DNA of 52,852 bases from a virus (IMGVR_UViG_3300031800_000786:1-52852), one strand, 5' to 3'; positions 36,890-46,073 are shown, counted from the stretch's first letter. Program-made: numbers and translations. The notes: a model not told the origin generated them from the letters alone.

Positions 36890-37446
36890 GCGACCTCCCC
36901 CATCTTTACGCGTATGTTTTTAAAGATGGCGCTTTCCCATCCGGCAATTAGTCGTAGTAGCTCCTTGGTTATATCATCATGCGTACTTGAATAGCTTTTA
37001 TGTCCGATACCTATAATCTTGCATCTACTGCGATTAGACAAAGGCTTGCGTCCGGTGCCGTGGCATTTAGTGCATATCAAAGCGTCTAGGTTAATGGCCT
37101 TTTGCCCTGGAGCTAAACCGCTGCCGTCGCATTCACCACATACAGGCTGCACAAATTCATAAACCGCTGCCATTACTATGCCGTTTAACGTTTCAGACTT
37201 AACCTTATATCGTTTTATCTTGATAAACAGCGTTATGTGCATAGTAAGCGAGCGTACAACACGATTAAGCCTTGTTTCTTCCCCTACATAACGAAAGTAA
37301 GCCCAATTAGTCGGACAAGATGGTAAGCCGGCTAAAGCATGTGCTGCTGTTCGCCAATCAATAACGTCTTGCCCACTTCCACCAAACGTACCAGTGAGAT
37401 TCAGTGTTTTCGTTGTTAACTTAGACAATAGCTTAATTGGCTGCAT
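36886..37446 (-). CDS. Q: Late antiterminator Q-like protein
   Basis: C..C.G.G / C..C.G.G zinc finger plus C-terminal HTH-like segment; follows rusA at the end of the early operon. Confidence 0.75.
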   Translation of the reverse strand: MQPIKLLSKLTTKTLNLTGTFGGSGQDVIDWRTAAHALAGLPSCPTNWAYFRYVGEETRLNRVVRSLTMHITLFIKIKRYKVKSETLNGIVMAAVYEFVQPVCGECDGSGLAPGQKAINLDALICTKCHGTGRKPLSNRSRCKIIGIGHKSYSSTHDDITKELLRLIAGWESAIFKNIRVKMGEVA

Positions 37447-37447
37447 G

Positions 37448-37822
37448 TTATATTTCCTCAATGCTCAGTGTAACTTTTCCGCCTTTGACTATTCCACTGT
37501 GGATCATGCGAAAGTCCTTTATCTGCGTATCATCTTCATAGACGCCAGCTTTTTGCATTGCATCAAACAAAGATTTGCTCAGGTTATCAATGTCACGCCT
37601 ACGTCTATCCGGCACGTAAACGTGTATAACTAGCTTTAAATCTGCTTTAAGCTTTTTATGGGCCTTTTGCTCTCGCACTAACCAAAACACTTGTTCAGCA
37701 AATGCCTTGCCTTCATCGCTTACGCGCGTTATCACTCGACTTTTGCTTCCAGTTACGCGCTTTACAGATGATTTCCAATAGTGGTTAACTGTTGGTGGGT
37801 AGGGCAAAGTTAAATTAATCAT
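37448..37822 (-). CDS. rusA: RusA Holliday junction resolvase
   Basis: LPYPPTVNHYW, PDRRRRDIDN..K...DA....G...DD.QI. Confidence 0.95.
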   Translation of the reverse strand: MINLTLPYPPTVNHYWKSSVKRVTGSKSRVITRVSDEGKAFAEQVFWLVREQKAHKKLKADLKLVIHVYVPDRRRRDIDNLSKSLFDAMQKAGVYEDDTQIKDFRMIHSGIVKGGKVTLSIEEI

Positions 37823-38099
37823 TTAGCAATACCCCCTTATCGTTTAGCTCATGCAAAAGCGCTTTAGCTGTCGATGGGTGTACATGGATATTGTCGCCAA
37901 ATACATGTACGCATCTTTTCTTAATCAGCCCATACCTTCTAATCCATTTTTTTTGCACTCGATTAGGGTAAGCTCTTTGTGTCATCCATGGCTTTAGCTC
38001 TACTTCCTTTGCCGGCGAAACTATAAACTCCGGCAAGCCCTCATCTTCCAGAACTAAGAAACCTTGATACGTACCAACAAGTTTAAAAAACGCGTTCAT
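37815..38099 (-). CDS. Hypothetical phage protein
   Basis: Overlap-coupled in the nin region; R.QKKW.RRYG motif. Confidence 0.7.
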   Translation of the reverse strand: MNAFFKLVGTYQGFLVLEDEGLPEFIVSPAKEVELKPWMTQRAYPNRVQKKWIRRYGLIKKRCVHVFGDNIHVHPSTAKALLHELNDKGVLLND

Positions 38100-38398
38100 T
38101 TAGCCACCTGTATCAATTCTTGCTCGAGTAAAAGCTTTTGCGTTCTAACCATGCCGTCATACGCATAAAGCCTAGTTACTTGCGATGTATTCACTCTTAC
38201 TCTGCCATCTATAGCATCGTGACACGCTGAGCATGCGTAAGTTGCGTGAATATCATCACACTTCTGGCCCATGCCTGAACCTTTGCCAACGTGAGCAAGT
38301 ATTACTGTTTCATTATTGCGATTGCATACGCCTGGTATGCGCACCTGGCATTCTTGGCCGCGTGCGCTATTGCGTATTTTTTTACTAATGACTGACAT
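38096..38398 (-). CDS. DUF1364 (YbcO-like) putative HNH-type nuclease
   Basis: SARG.ECQVRIPGVC...ET..LAH...G.G.K..D....ACS.CHD.IDGR. Confidence 0.9.
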   Translation of the reverse strand: MSVISKKIRNSARGQECQVRIPGVCNRNNETVILAHVGKGSGMGQKCDDIHATYACSACHDAIDGRVRVNTSQVTRLYAYDGMVRTQKLLLEQELIQVAK

Positions 38399-38837
38399 TA
38401 TTTGCCTCCCCGTACATAGCCAAGTGATATAAATCGTCCGGCTGTGGTAGTAAAAGCTCTAAATATTCAGCGCAATACTGCTCCATCCAATTTAAATACT
38501 CGCAAAATTCTTTGGTGTTTAGCTTGCGCGTGCGCTTGCGAACAATAATGGGTTCCTCGTTACCGGCTTGAATAACTTTTACGCCAAACTTTTTACGCAC
38601 AAATACTTCGTGCACGTCCTCAGAGCTATTCTCTTGCCCAAAATGTTCACGAAAGTGATTAGCTATCTCCTGGTTCCATACCCACAACAATCTGTTTTGA
38701 GCTAAAGAGCGTTTTGCTTTGTGCTCTTTAAACTCAATAACAACATTTTTGCCCTGCTTTAAAATATCCCGAATAGCCTTGCCCACCTGCGGCATTAAGT
38801 ATTGGACATTTGTTACGGTTAAAACTTTTTTGCTCAT
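38385..38837 (-). CDS. ninB: NinB/Orf-family recombination protein
   Basis: KRSL.QN..LW, T.KL...EF..YL. Confidence 0.8.
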   Translation of the reverse strand: MSKKVLTVTNVQYLMPQVGKAIRDILKQGKNVVIEFKEHKAKRSLAQNRLLWVWNQEIANHFREHFGQENSSEDVHEVFVRKKFGVKVIQAGNEEPIIVRKRTRKLNTKEFCEYLNWMEQYCAEYLELLLPQPDDLYHLAMYGEANNVSH

Positions 38838-39151
38838 TAGGCGGCCTTGCCTTGTTTTTCAATTGGTCCCGGCTCTTCCTGCTGTGCCGCCACTGTTTCT
38901 TTTTGTGCTTGCACCAAAATATGTGCGCCAATAGTGAGAAGTACATCTCGCATCTGCCTATCTAGCTGGTTTTTATCTGCCAGCACTGCTACGGCCTTGG
39001 TTAGATTGCCAAACGCTGCATCATGATTTGCCTGTGCACCATCTTGAATGGCTTTTGCAGCCTGTGCCTTTGAGTTAGAAATAAAGCCGTCGCAAAAAAT
39101 CTCACCGGCGGCTGATAACTGAGTAAAAGTGCTTTTTTTAATTGTCGTCAT
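38837..39151 (-). CDS. Hypothetical protein
   Basis: GGAG RBS, coupled to ninB. Confidence 0.65.
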   Translation of the reverse strand: MTTIKKSTFTQLSAAGEIFCDGFISNSKAQAAKAIQDGAQANHDAAFGNLTKAVAVLADKNQLDRQMRDVLLTIGAHILVQAQKETVAAQQEEPGPIEKQGKAA

Positions 39152-39160
39152 AATTAGCTC

Positions 39161-39574
39161 CTAAGCTGTTTTTCTTGCGTTGTTAAATGTTTTTTCTAAT
39201 TCAGCATTCAGCGAATAGCCTTGATTTGCTGGCACCTTGCTTGATGTAAAATTACCAGGGCTCGCTTTAATATTGCTTCGCCTGGCTGCTTGCTTTGTTC
39301 TTGCTTGTGATGCGTAGTGGTTTTTGCCTTGCTCCTTTTTGTCTTTGATGTATTGCGGCACACTATCCACCCCACATGCTTTAGCTGCGCGAGCCATTGC
39401 CCTGTTAGCTTCGGCAGTAGCAAAACCAAGCTGCTTTGGTGTTGGGTTTTTAATCCCCTGTAAAGCTGATAACTTTGCTTGCTTCGCATCTGCCAGGGCC
39501 GATTGATAGTGAACACCTAAAATTTCTTTTAGCGCTCTAATGAATTCTTTTTGATCTTGCTCGTATGACTTCAT
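39161..39574 (-). CDS. Hypothetical basic protein
   Basis: ATGA overlap with the P-like gene. Confidence 0.65.
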   Translation of the reverse strand: MKSYEQDQKEFIRALKEILGVHYQSALADAKQAKLSALQGIKNPTPKQLGFATAEANRAMARAAKACGVDSVPQYIKDKKEQGKNHYASQARTKQAARRSNIKASPGNFTSSKVPANQGYSLNAELEKTFNNARKTA

Positions 39575-40152
39575 CGTCCCACTCCCGCATATCTCAAATA
39601 GGCCGGCGGTGCGTTATATTCAATTTTCAGTGGTATTGGGCCTAGCTCGCCTTTGCCATACTTATCAGCCAATTCCGTGTAACGGTTTTTAGCCATCTTC
39701 TTCCAGGCGCTATCAGTCAACGTTGCACGCGCTGCAGCTATTTGCTGGTTAAGCCAATAAACTAAAGGCTCTGACCAATCCTTGTCTTTTCCGTAATTTT
39801 TAATGCGCTGCTCGTTTATCTCGCTCATGCAGCTATCGAGCGTTGGCATACCCTTCGCCTGTAGGCATAAAATTTTAAATTCAATTGGGTTTGGCGCGTG
39901 CCTCTCGCTTGTTGAAAGTAACCGGGCCATATCTAACGCAGCTCTTACGTGCTTAGCGATGATCCCCATACCGTAAAGCTGCCCAGCATATTCATTTGCA
40001 AATAAAACAAGGTTGCCGCGCCAGTTAAAATCACTGTTTGGGTAGTACGCTTTTAGTGATGGCAACACCTCATCGCTGATCAGCTTAACCAGCACATCGT
40101 TAGTCTGCCGCTTGTCTGCGCTGTGGATTGTTGAAACTTGAGTATTCATCAA
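39571..40152 (-). CDS. Replication protein P-like helicase loader
   Basis: Directly after O; P.P.EF...C and W..P.VYW motifs resemble lambda P. Confidence 0.65.
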   Translation of the reverse strand: MMNTQVSTIHSADKRQTNDVLVKLISDEVLPSLKAYYPNSDFNWRGNLVLFANEYAGQLYGMGIIAKHVRAALDMARLLSTSERHAPNPIEFKILCLQAKGMPTLDSCMSEINEQRIKNYGKDKDWSEPLVYWLNQQIAAARATLTDSAWKKMAKNRYTELADKYGKGELGPIPLKIEYNAPPAYLRYAGVGR

Positions 40153-41057
40153 AGCACCTCATCATCGTGCGGAGTTGGAATATGGGCCACAGAATGCTGC
40201 AAAGCTGCCAGTTGATCGCCAACGAACCTAGATTGACTGCCAAAGCTCTGCGATAAGTTTTGATTTGAATTGGCGATCCAAGAATATTTAAATCCCTGCC
40301 AGTTTCGCGTTATGCACTCGGATAAACATTCATCGACACTGAGCCCGTTTTGAAAAGCAATTTGAAACTGAGCCCCAAAGTTGTTAATCACGGTTTGACT
40401 AACGCTCGCTTTTTTGGATTTACGCATAGCAATCCAATCATCAAAAATTTGATTGCTAGGCATGGCTGGCCAAGTAGAAAAATCTAAAGATTCAAGCAAA
40501 CTTTTTTTGTTTATTTTTTTATTATTATCTTTTGTATTAGTTTCTTTTCTTATGTGGCAGTCATTTTCGACTAGTTTTTTAGTCGTTTTTGACGAGTTAG
40601 CTAGTCGTTTTTGACTAGTTTTAGGGGTGCTTTTAACTAGTCGTTTTTGACTAGTTTTTAGTTGATTTTGACTAATCGCTATTTCTTGCCATTCACTAAC
40701 AACAGGGTTAATTCCAGTGTTTTTACCATCACGAAATAACACTTTTTTAGCTATCAAACCTTTAATAATTTTCCCGATGTTCGTGCTATCAATTCCGGTC
40801 AAGCTGCTAATTTGCGTATTCGTCATCCAGTCATTTTTTTTCTGCCAACGATACGTTTTACTGATCACAGCAAATACAATTTGATACTCGCGCGCACTTA
40901 GCTTTACCGGTGGGTTTGCAAGCGTGTCAGTTAGCTTTTGGGCTAGCCTGTCATAACCTTGCTCAATATCTGCTTTCACATAACCACCTGCGTCATGTTG
41001 CTTAACATTTGCCTCCAATCGCTCAGGAAACTTGTATATTTCTGCTAAATTGCTCAT
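40149..41057 (-). CDS. O: Replication initiator O
   Basis: KAD.EQGY.R.A, KTY.W.K..DW....Q wHTH; GIN..VSEW; internal iterons. Confidence 0.9.
   Translation of the reverse strand: MSNLAEIYKFPERLEANVKQHDAGGYVKADIEQGYDRLAQKLTDTLANPPVKLSAREYQIVFAVISKTYRWQKKNDWMTNTQISSLTGIDSTNIGKIIKGLIAKKVLFRDGKNTGINPVVSEWQEIAISQNQLKTSQKRLVKSTPKTSQKRLANSSKTTKKLVENDCHIRKETNTKDNNKKINKKSLLESLDFSTWPAMPSNQIFDDWIAMRKSKKASVSQTVINNFGAQFQIAFQNGLSVDECLSECITRNWQGFKYSWIANSNQNLSQSFGSQSRFVGDQLAALQHSVAHIPTPHDDEVL
40557..40674. repeat. Replication origin iterons within O
   Basis: TAGTCGTTTTTGAC at 40580, 40602, 40638 (palindromic CTAGTC-N6-GACTAG) plus two degenerate copies; adjacent AT-rich tract ~40500-40552. Confidence 0.85.
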
Positions 41058-41060
41058 ACT
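41032..41060 (+). promoter_or_regulatory. p_oop-like antisense promoter
   Basis: TTGTAT-17-CATACT with the CAT being the O start codon, as in lambda p_oop. Confidence 0.65.
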
Positions 41061-41066
41061 TACCTC

Positions 41067-41119
41067 GTTGAATTGAAACCCGCTATCGTGCCGACCAAAG
41101 CTGATGCGGGTTTTGTTTT
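41067..41119 (+). ncRNA. oop-like small antisense RNA (~50 nt)
   Basis: Starts GTTGA like lambda oop, ends in hairpin AAACCCGC..GCGGGTTT plus T-run. Confidence 0.55.
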
Positions 41120-41339
41120 ATCTGCGAGTTGCGTAGTTTCTGCTACGTAACTCGCGCATCTCTGCACAACCAATACATAAATTGGTATTCACCGCCTTGC
41201 GACGTTCTTCTGGTATTTCATTGCCGCATTCAATACATTCATCAGTTGCAACAACCTCAGCTTGTTTTAAATTGGCAACTTGCCGCGCTTGCTCGCGGTC
41301 TATTTCTATTTGTGCGCTATCTGCGGCATCCATAATCAC
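41118..41339 (-). CDS. TraR/DksA C4 zinc-finger protein
   Basis: D.AD.A, CIECG.EIP..RR.A....CI.CA. Confidence 0.92.
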   Translation of the reverse strand: MIMDAADSAQIEIDREQARQVANLKQAEVVATDECIECGNEIPEERRKAVNTNLCIGCAEMRELRSRNYATRR

Positions 41340-41863
41340 GCCACCTTTAACGATGTAGCTTTAGCCGCAACTGGTTCATTAGGATCAGGCCTAACCATTT
41401 GCTCAATTTCAGCGTTAAGCTGTAGCGCTGTAGAGATAATTGAAAGGGTATTTTTTTGAATGGCATCAAAATCAGATTGCGTGATCACGCCTTTTTGACG
41501 CGCCAGGCGAAACGTTTTAGCAAAATCACCAATCGTTTCTTGTAGCGTTAAAATCTGGTCGGCCACTTCATCATCCGACAAGCCAACCTCCGGCAAATCT
41601 ATAGTTGTTTTACCTAGGCTGTAGGCCCACGCTTCTAAAGCGCGGTGATCACCGGTTAAATAACCAATAGCAATCACTTGCTGAAAACCGAGAATATGCG
41701 TATCACAATCCTCAGCTAATTTGCTACGCAACACAGTTGGGTTAACTCCCATCTTTCTGGCTATGTCAGCAATATTAAAATCATTTTTATAGCTTTCAGC
41801 CGCAGCCATAGGGCAACGTGCGCTAGGCTTAGCGTCAAACGTACTTTTTCTAGATAAAAGCAT
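41336..41863 (-). CDS. cII: CII-like regulatory protein (CP76/YmfL type)
   Basis: IA.KMG....VLR.KL.....H.L HTH; G.IT..D...I; follows cro. Confidence 0.7.
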   Translation of the reverse strand: MLLSRKSTFDAKPSARCPMAAAESYKNDFNIADIARKMGVNPTVLRSKLAEDCDTHILGFQQVIAIGYLTGDHRALEAWAYSLGKTTIDLPEVGLSDDEVADQILTLQETIGDFAKTFRLARQKGVITQSDFDAIQKNTLSIISTALQLNAEIEQMVRPDPNEPVAAKATSLKVA

Positions 41864-41875
41864 TTATAGTTTCTC

Positions 41876-42085
41876 CTATGCTGCTTTTTGGCTGGTTGGG
41901 TAAAGCGAGTAATCAACCTTAAGCTTGCCGCTGGTTACTTTTTCTAGCTCCAGTGCACGCCCATAAGGAAGGAACCCAATTTTAAACCACTTGCTAATGG
42001 TCGCCTTGTTTGCGGGAAATCGAAAAGAGTCGCCAAGAGCCTTGCGATCTCCATCAAAGTAGTCGATAGCGTCAGAAAATTTCAT
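41876..42085 (-). CDS. cro: Cro-like repressor
   Basis: DAI.YF.G..., ISKW....P..RA..LE..T.GKLK; divergent from cI. Confidence 0.85.
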   Translation of the reverse strand: MKFSDAIDYFDGDRKALGDSFRFPANKATISKWFKIGFLPYGRALELEKVTSGKLKVDYSLYPTSQKAA

Positions 42086-42108
42086 TGTGCGATCCTGTTA
42101 AATTAATA

Positions 42109-42191
42109 GTTTCCAAAAGTGTACGCTTTACGCTCCACCTGTGTCAACCAAAAGAAACCAGATTAGGATTATGATGTTTACTTATATAAAC
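42109..42191. promoter_or_regulatory. OR operators (three 16-bp sites) and pR
   Basis: GTTTCCAAAAGTGTAC (42109), GTCAACCAAAAGAAAC (42143), GTTTACTTATATAAAC (42176); pR on minus strand TTGACA(42147-42142)-18-TACACT. Confidence 0.8.
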
Positions 42192-42206
42192 TCAGAAGCG
42201 AAGAAT

Positions 42207-42851
42207 ATGTCATTTGAAAAACGTCTAAACTCGCAAATGAAGCTATGCGATATAAAGGCCGCTGAAATTTACCGCAAGCTTGGCGTAACTAAGAGCACGG
42301 TTAGCAAGTGGGTTAATGGGCTGGGCAAGCCAGGCGGTGAAAATGCTGTTAGGCTGGCAAAGCTTTTAAGGTGCAATGTTTCCTGGCTTGTCGAGGGCAA
42401 GGGCTCGCCAGAGAAAAATATAGAGCTAGAGCTTGGGCCAGACCTAAGAGGCAAGGCTCCTCTAATATCATGGGTGCAAGCAGGCAAATGGAAAGAAATC
42501 GACATGGAAGTGCTACAACAAACTAGTGACACTATTTTTTACCAGCATACCGCCAACGTAAGCGGCGAAGCATTCGCCCTGCGCGTTAAGGGCGATAGCA
42601 TGACCAGCTTTACTGGCGGCAAATCAATTCCCGAAGGCTCGGTAATTATCGTGGATCCTTGCATTGGTGCTGAGCATGGTAAAGTTGTAGTAGCGATGTT
42701 AAACGACAGCGAAGAGGCCACTCTAAAGCAGTTAGTGATAGATGGCGGGGCCAAATACTTAAAGCCCTTCAATAGCAGCTACCCAACCATGCCAATTAAT
42801 GGGAACTGCACTATCATTGGCGTGGTAAAGCAGGTTATTCAGGATTTTTAA
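42207..42851 (+). CDS. cI: CI repressor (HTH + S24 autopeptidase); start likely the ATG at 42207
   Basis: HTH LGVTKSTVSKW; PLISWVQAG cleavage region; FALRV.GDSM and ATLK catalytic Ser/Lys. Confidence 0.95.
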   Translation: MSFEKRLNSQMKLCDIKAAEIYRKLGVTKSTVSKWVNGLGKPGGENAVRLAKLLRCNVSWLVEGKGSPEKNIELELGPDLRGKAPLISWVQAGKWKEIDMEVLQQTSDTIFYQHTANVSGEAFALRVKGDSMTSFTGGKSIPEGSVIIVDPCIGAEHGKVVVAMLNDSEEATLKQLVIDGGAKYLKPFNSSYPTMPINGNCTIIGVVKQVIQDF

Positions 42852-42878
42852 ACCCAGTCACCATTAAAGAGGTTACTA

Positions 42879-43070
42879 ATGAGTCAAAAGACTAGAAAGG
42901 CAATGGTAGTCAGTGTGATTGCTGCCTTAATGGCCTTTGCAGCTATGCAAGCCTATTTAACCCCTGTAAACGCTAATGAGTGCATTCTTAGCAATATAGG
43001 TAACGCAAAATCAGACACTGCCGCCAAGCTGGTAGCTATGTCCTGCAGAAATATATTCAATAAAAAATAA
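42879..43070 (+). CDS. Small exported/membrane-anchored protein with two Cys
   Basis: GAGG RBS; N-terminal hydrophobic helix; ECIL.......SD.AA..V..SC motif. Confidence 0.7.
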   Translation: MSQKTRKAMVVSVIAALMAFAAMQAYLTPVNANECILSNIGNAKSDTAAKLVAMSCRNIFNKK

Positions 43071-43087
43071 ATGTTCAGGGTGTTAGA

Positions 43088-43390
43088 ATGAATGGAAGAA
43101 TAACAATTGCAATTATATCAGCCGCTATTGCTGGCTGCGCTTCTCAACAGGCTATCGGTGAAATCAAAGAAACTGTACTAAGTGAAGTTACCGGATGCCA
43201 ATTCATTACCAACGTAACAGGAACGTCTGGTTGGGGAGGGTTAGCGGCTACAACGGGTATAAATAATGCTAAAGAACAGGCCAAACAGCAAGCCATAGAC
43301 TTAGGGGGTACGCACTTAGTGTGGCACTCAATTAGCGGAGGCTACTCCCCAAGCGTTTCAGCTGACGCGTACAGATGTAAAAGTAAATAA
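43088..43390 (+). CDS. Lipoprotein (DUF4156-like)
   Basis: Lipobox IAGC; GC.F...V.G ... A..LG..H.V ... AY.C. Confidence 0.75.
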   Translation: MNGRITIAIISAAIAGCASQQAIGEIKETVLSEVTGCQFITNVTGTSGWGGLAATTGINNAKEQAKQQAIDLGGTHLVWHSISGGYSPSVSADAYRCKSK

Positions 43391-43413
43391 CCTCAACAAC
43401 TCTGACCAACAAT

Positions 43414-43439
43414 AAAAAGCGCCAGCTCTCGGCGCTTTT
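43414..43439. terminator. Terminator of the cI operon
   Basis: AAAAAGCGCC-agctctc-GGCGCTTTT. Confidence 0.85.
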
Positions 43440-43521
43440 ACTTCCAGCCACCATAATGGCGCCTCAAAGACCAGCTTAACAGTAGATACACGCACATAAA
43501 ACCACTTACCTGCAAATAAAA

Positions 43522-43597
43522 GTCAACTTTAAGAAACTTTTTTGTTGACCTTTGAGTTTCCTTCTGTAAACTTGGCTTAAAGTTTCCTAAAGAGAAC
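43522..43597 (+). promoter_or_regulatory. OL operators (three 16-bp sites) and pL
   Basis: GTCAACTTTAAGAAAC (43522), GTTTCCTTCTGTAAAC (43556), GTTTCCTAAAGAGAAC (43582); TTGACC-16-TAAACT. Confidence 0.8.
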
Positions 43598-43609
43598 ATT
43601 GAGGTCAGC

Positions 43610-43906
43610 ATGAGTCATCAAACCCAAATATACCCAGCTTTGTCACTTGAAGCGAAATCGCTAATTGCAGCGCTTGCAGTTGAATCATTCAACTTTCGTG
43701 AAAACGTGCATGTAAATGTAGTTACCAACGCACAGACGCCGTTTATTAACGTGTTTATTTACGTTAGTGGCGTATCGGCTAAGTCATTCATGATCACGCT
43801 AACCGACGCTGATGCAGTGGCCCAGCTTGAGAGCGTATTTAACCAAGTTCGTGCATACAAAAAACAAGATAAATCGTTTGCACCACACATTAAGTTAGCG
43901 AGCTAA
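43610..43906 (+). CDS. Hypothetical protein, first gene of the pL operon
   Basis: GAGGT RBS, 98 aa. Confidence 0.75.
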   Translation: MSHQTQIYPALSLEAKSLIAALAVESFNFRENVHVNVVTNAQTPFINVFIYVSGVSAKSFMITLTDADAVAQLESVFNQVRAYKKQDKSFAPHIKLAS

Positions 43907-43910
43907 GCCA

Positions 43911-44849
43911 ATGAGCAGCAATAAAACACCAGCAGAGATACAGCGCTTATTAGCTGATCCCTTTGAGGAACACGATATTGAATGGCGCGTTCAACAAAGT
44001 GGCGTAACAGCAAAGCAAAAGCCATGGGTAATGGTTATTCCTTACATCACTAACCGCGCTATTCAGCAGCGACTTGATGATGTTGTAGGTATTGATGCCT
44101 GGGAAAACATTTATCAAGAAGCGGCAGCCGGAAAAGGCTACTTGTGCGGCTTAAAAGTTCGCTTTGGCGATAAATGGATCACGAAATGGGATGGCTCAGA
44201 GTACACGCAAATTGAAGCGCTAAAGGGTGCTTTGTCTGGCGCTATGAAACGCTGCGCGGTTCAGTTCGGCATTGGCCGTTACCTTTACTCGCTTGATACC
44301 GAGTTTGCAACGTGCGCACCGGTTCAAAATCGCTTTGAGTGTAACGGCGAGTATATCCGCATACCGCTCAACAAAGGCAATAAGGGCGGCCCTAGAATGG
44401 ATGCAGAGTGGTTTCCACCTGCCCTGCCCGATTGGGCAATGCCATCGGCCAAATTTGATAAGTACCTTGATGCTATCGAGCAAGCTACAAGCATGGAAAC
44501 AATGCGCGAGCATTACAACCAAGCCTACAAGTTTGCAGCGGCGCTTAACCGCATTGATATACGCAACAAAGCCATTGAAATAAAAGACCGCAAAAAAGCT
44601 GAGCTTGAAGCAAAAGCGCAAGAGAACAACCTAGCTGCTAACAAAAAGTTCATCACCTGGCTTAACACGTCTATTTTTGACCGCATAGCCACAGCAGAAA
44701 ACGAATCAGTATTAACCCTGAACCATAAGCACTTACTGCAAGAGCTTAAAGGTCACTGTAAATCAGCCAACGTAGATAGCAGCGATTATGTTGCTCGCGT
44801 TAACCAAGCGCATACAGATGCGCTAAATAAACTAAACCACGGAGTATAG
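43911..44849 (+). CDS. Rad52/Sak-family single-strand annealing protein
   Basis: L..PF...DIEWR, YI..RA...RLDDVVG...W, K.DG, KGA.S..MKR.AVQFGIGRYLY. Confidence 0.88.
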   Translation: MSSNKTPAEIQRLLADPFEEHDIEWRVQQSGVTAKQKPWVMVIPYITNRAIQQRLDDVVGIDAWENIYQEAAAGKGYLCGLKVRFGDKWITKWDGSEYTQIEALKGALSGAMKRCAVQFGIGRYLYSLDTEFATCAPVQNRFECNGEYIRIPLNKGNKGGPRMDAEWFPPALPDWAMPSAKFDKYLDAIEQATSMETMREHYNQAYKFAAALNRIDIRNKAIEIKDRKKAELEAKAQENNLAANKKFITWLNTSIFDRIATAENESVLTLNHKHLLQELKGHCKSANVDSSDYVARVNQAHTDALNKLNHGV

Positions 44850-44853
44850 AGCC

Positions 44854-46059
44854 ATGAGTGAGCAATCAACCACTGCAACTAATTTAGTTGAAATCGTTTT
44901 TCAAGAAGATCTAACAAAGCAAGGTCTTGCTGATTTACGTAAAAAATACCCTAAAAAGCTAACGCTCGATATGAAAGACGACGACGACTTTAAAGAAGGT
45001 CGCAAAATCCGCACTGAGCGCAACAAGCTTGTTGAATCAATTAAGCGTCGCCGCCTGGACTTTACTGCCGAAGTGAAAACCTACGCAGATGATTTAAGCG
45101 CCAAAGTTAACGACATTTTTAAACCTATTGTTGTTGCGTTTGAAGATGAAGATACCTTTCGCAAAGAAGAAGCAGCGCGCAAGGCTGCAGAGCGTGAAGC
45201 GTTTTTAAACAAACAGCGCCAAGAAATAGCAGACATTCGCTATTTTGTTGAGCAGTGCAAAGGCCAGCCAGCCAAGTTTATAGCCGACACCATTGAGTCA
45301 GTTGATTTAATTGAAACCGATATTTTCGACAAAGAAATTATACACGACGCAATCGACACCAAAAAAGAAGTGCTTGAAACGCTTAACGGTATGTATCAAG
45401 CCGCTAAAGCAGCAGAAGCAGTAGAAGCAGAGCGCGAACAATTACGCATTCAACAAGAAGCCATTGCCCAGCAAGAGCGCTTGCAAAAACAAGCACAAGA
45501 AATCGAACAGCGCATAAACAACCTGCGCAACGATCCAATGAACTACTTTGGCAAGCCAAGCCAAGACGTTATGGCGCGCATTCAGCAGCTTGAAAACTTT
45601 ACACCAAGCGAAGATAAGTTTGGCAATCGCACTAACGAAGTGAGCCAAGTGCTAGCGCAAGTTATTCAGCAATTAACCATGATGCACACGCAGCAGCTAC
45701 AAGTTGAGCAAGCGCAGCAAGTGACGAGCCAGGTTGAATCCCAGCAAGTAGAACAGCTACAAGCCGACGTTACTAGGGCAGCAGAGCAAGACGCAGCCAC
45801 AGAGAGCGCAGAGCAGCACCAAGCGCTAACCGACGTTAACCGCATGCTTGACCAAAACGAACCACTTTTAGGCAATAACTTTAAGTCGCCTGTTTTTGAA
45901 AATGGCGAAAAGCTAGGTTACGACCCGCTTGATTTATGGCCTAGCGACCGTGACCGCGCAGATAACGACGAGCTAGATCGCATATGTAACCAGCTAATGC
46001 ACGCTGAAAGCTATATCGAACTGCTAGAGCAGCGCTTAAATAAAGCATTAGCCGCTTAA
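44854..46059 (+). CDS. Coiled-coil hypothetical protein of the recombination module
   Basis: 401 aa, long helical Q/E/A-rich segments. Confidence 0.75.
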   Translation: MSEQSTTATNLVEIVFQEDLTKQGLADLRKKYPKKLTLDMKDDDDFKEGRKIRTERNKLVESIKRRRLDFTAEVKTYADDLSAKVNDIFKPIVVAFEDEDTFRKEEAARKAAEREAFLNKQRQEIADIRYFVEQCKGQPAKFIADTIESVDLIETDIFDKEIIHDAIDTKKEVLETLNGMYQAAKAAEAVEAEREQLRIQQEAIAQQERLQKQAQEIEQRINNLRNDPMNYFGKPSQDVMARIQQLENFTPSEDKFGNRTNEVSQVLAQVIQQLTMMHTQQLQVEQAQQVTSQVESQQVEQLQADVTRAAEQDAATESAEQHQALTDVNRMLDQNEPLLGNNFKSPVFENGEKLGYDPLDLWPSDRDRADNDELDRICNQLMHAESYIELLEQRLNKALAA

Positions 46060-46073
46060 TTTTAACTCCGACC

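Noticed and set aside
36582-36923. 113-aa hydrophobic plus-strand ORF
   Set aside because: TTG start with no clear RBS, antisense to Q and its coupled downstream ORF; hydrophobicity explained by T-rich sequence (not fully excluded)
42141-42206. N-terminal extension of cI from GTG 42141
   Set aside because: Runs through the operators and pR; the HTH begins after the ATG at 42207
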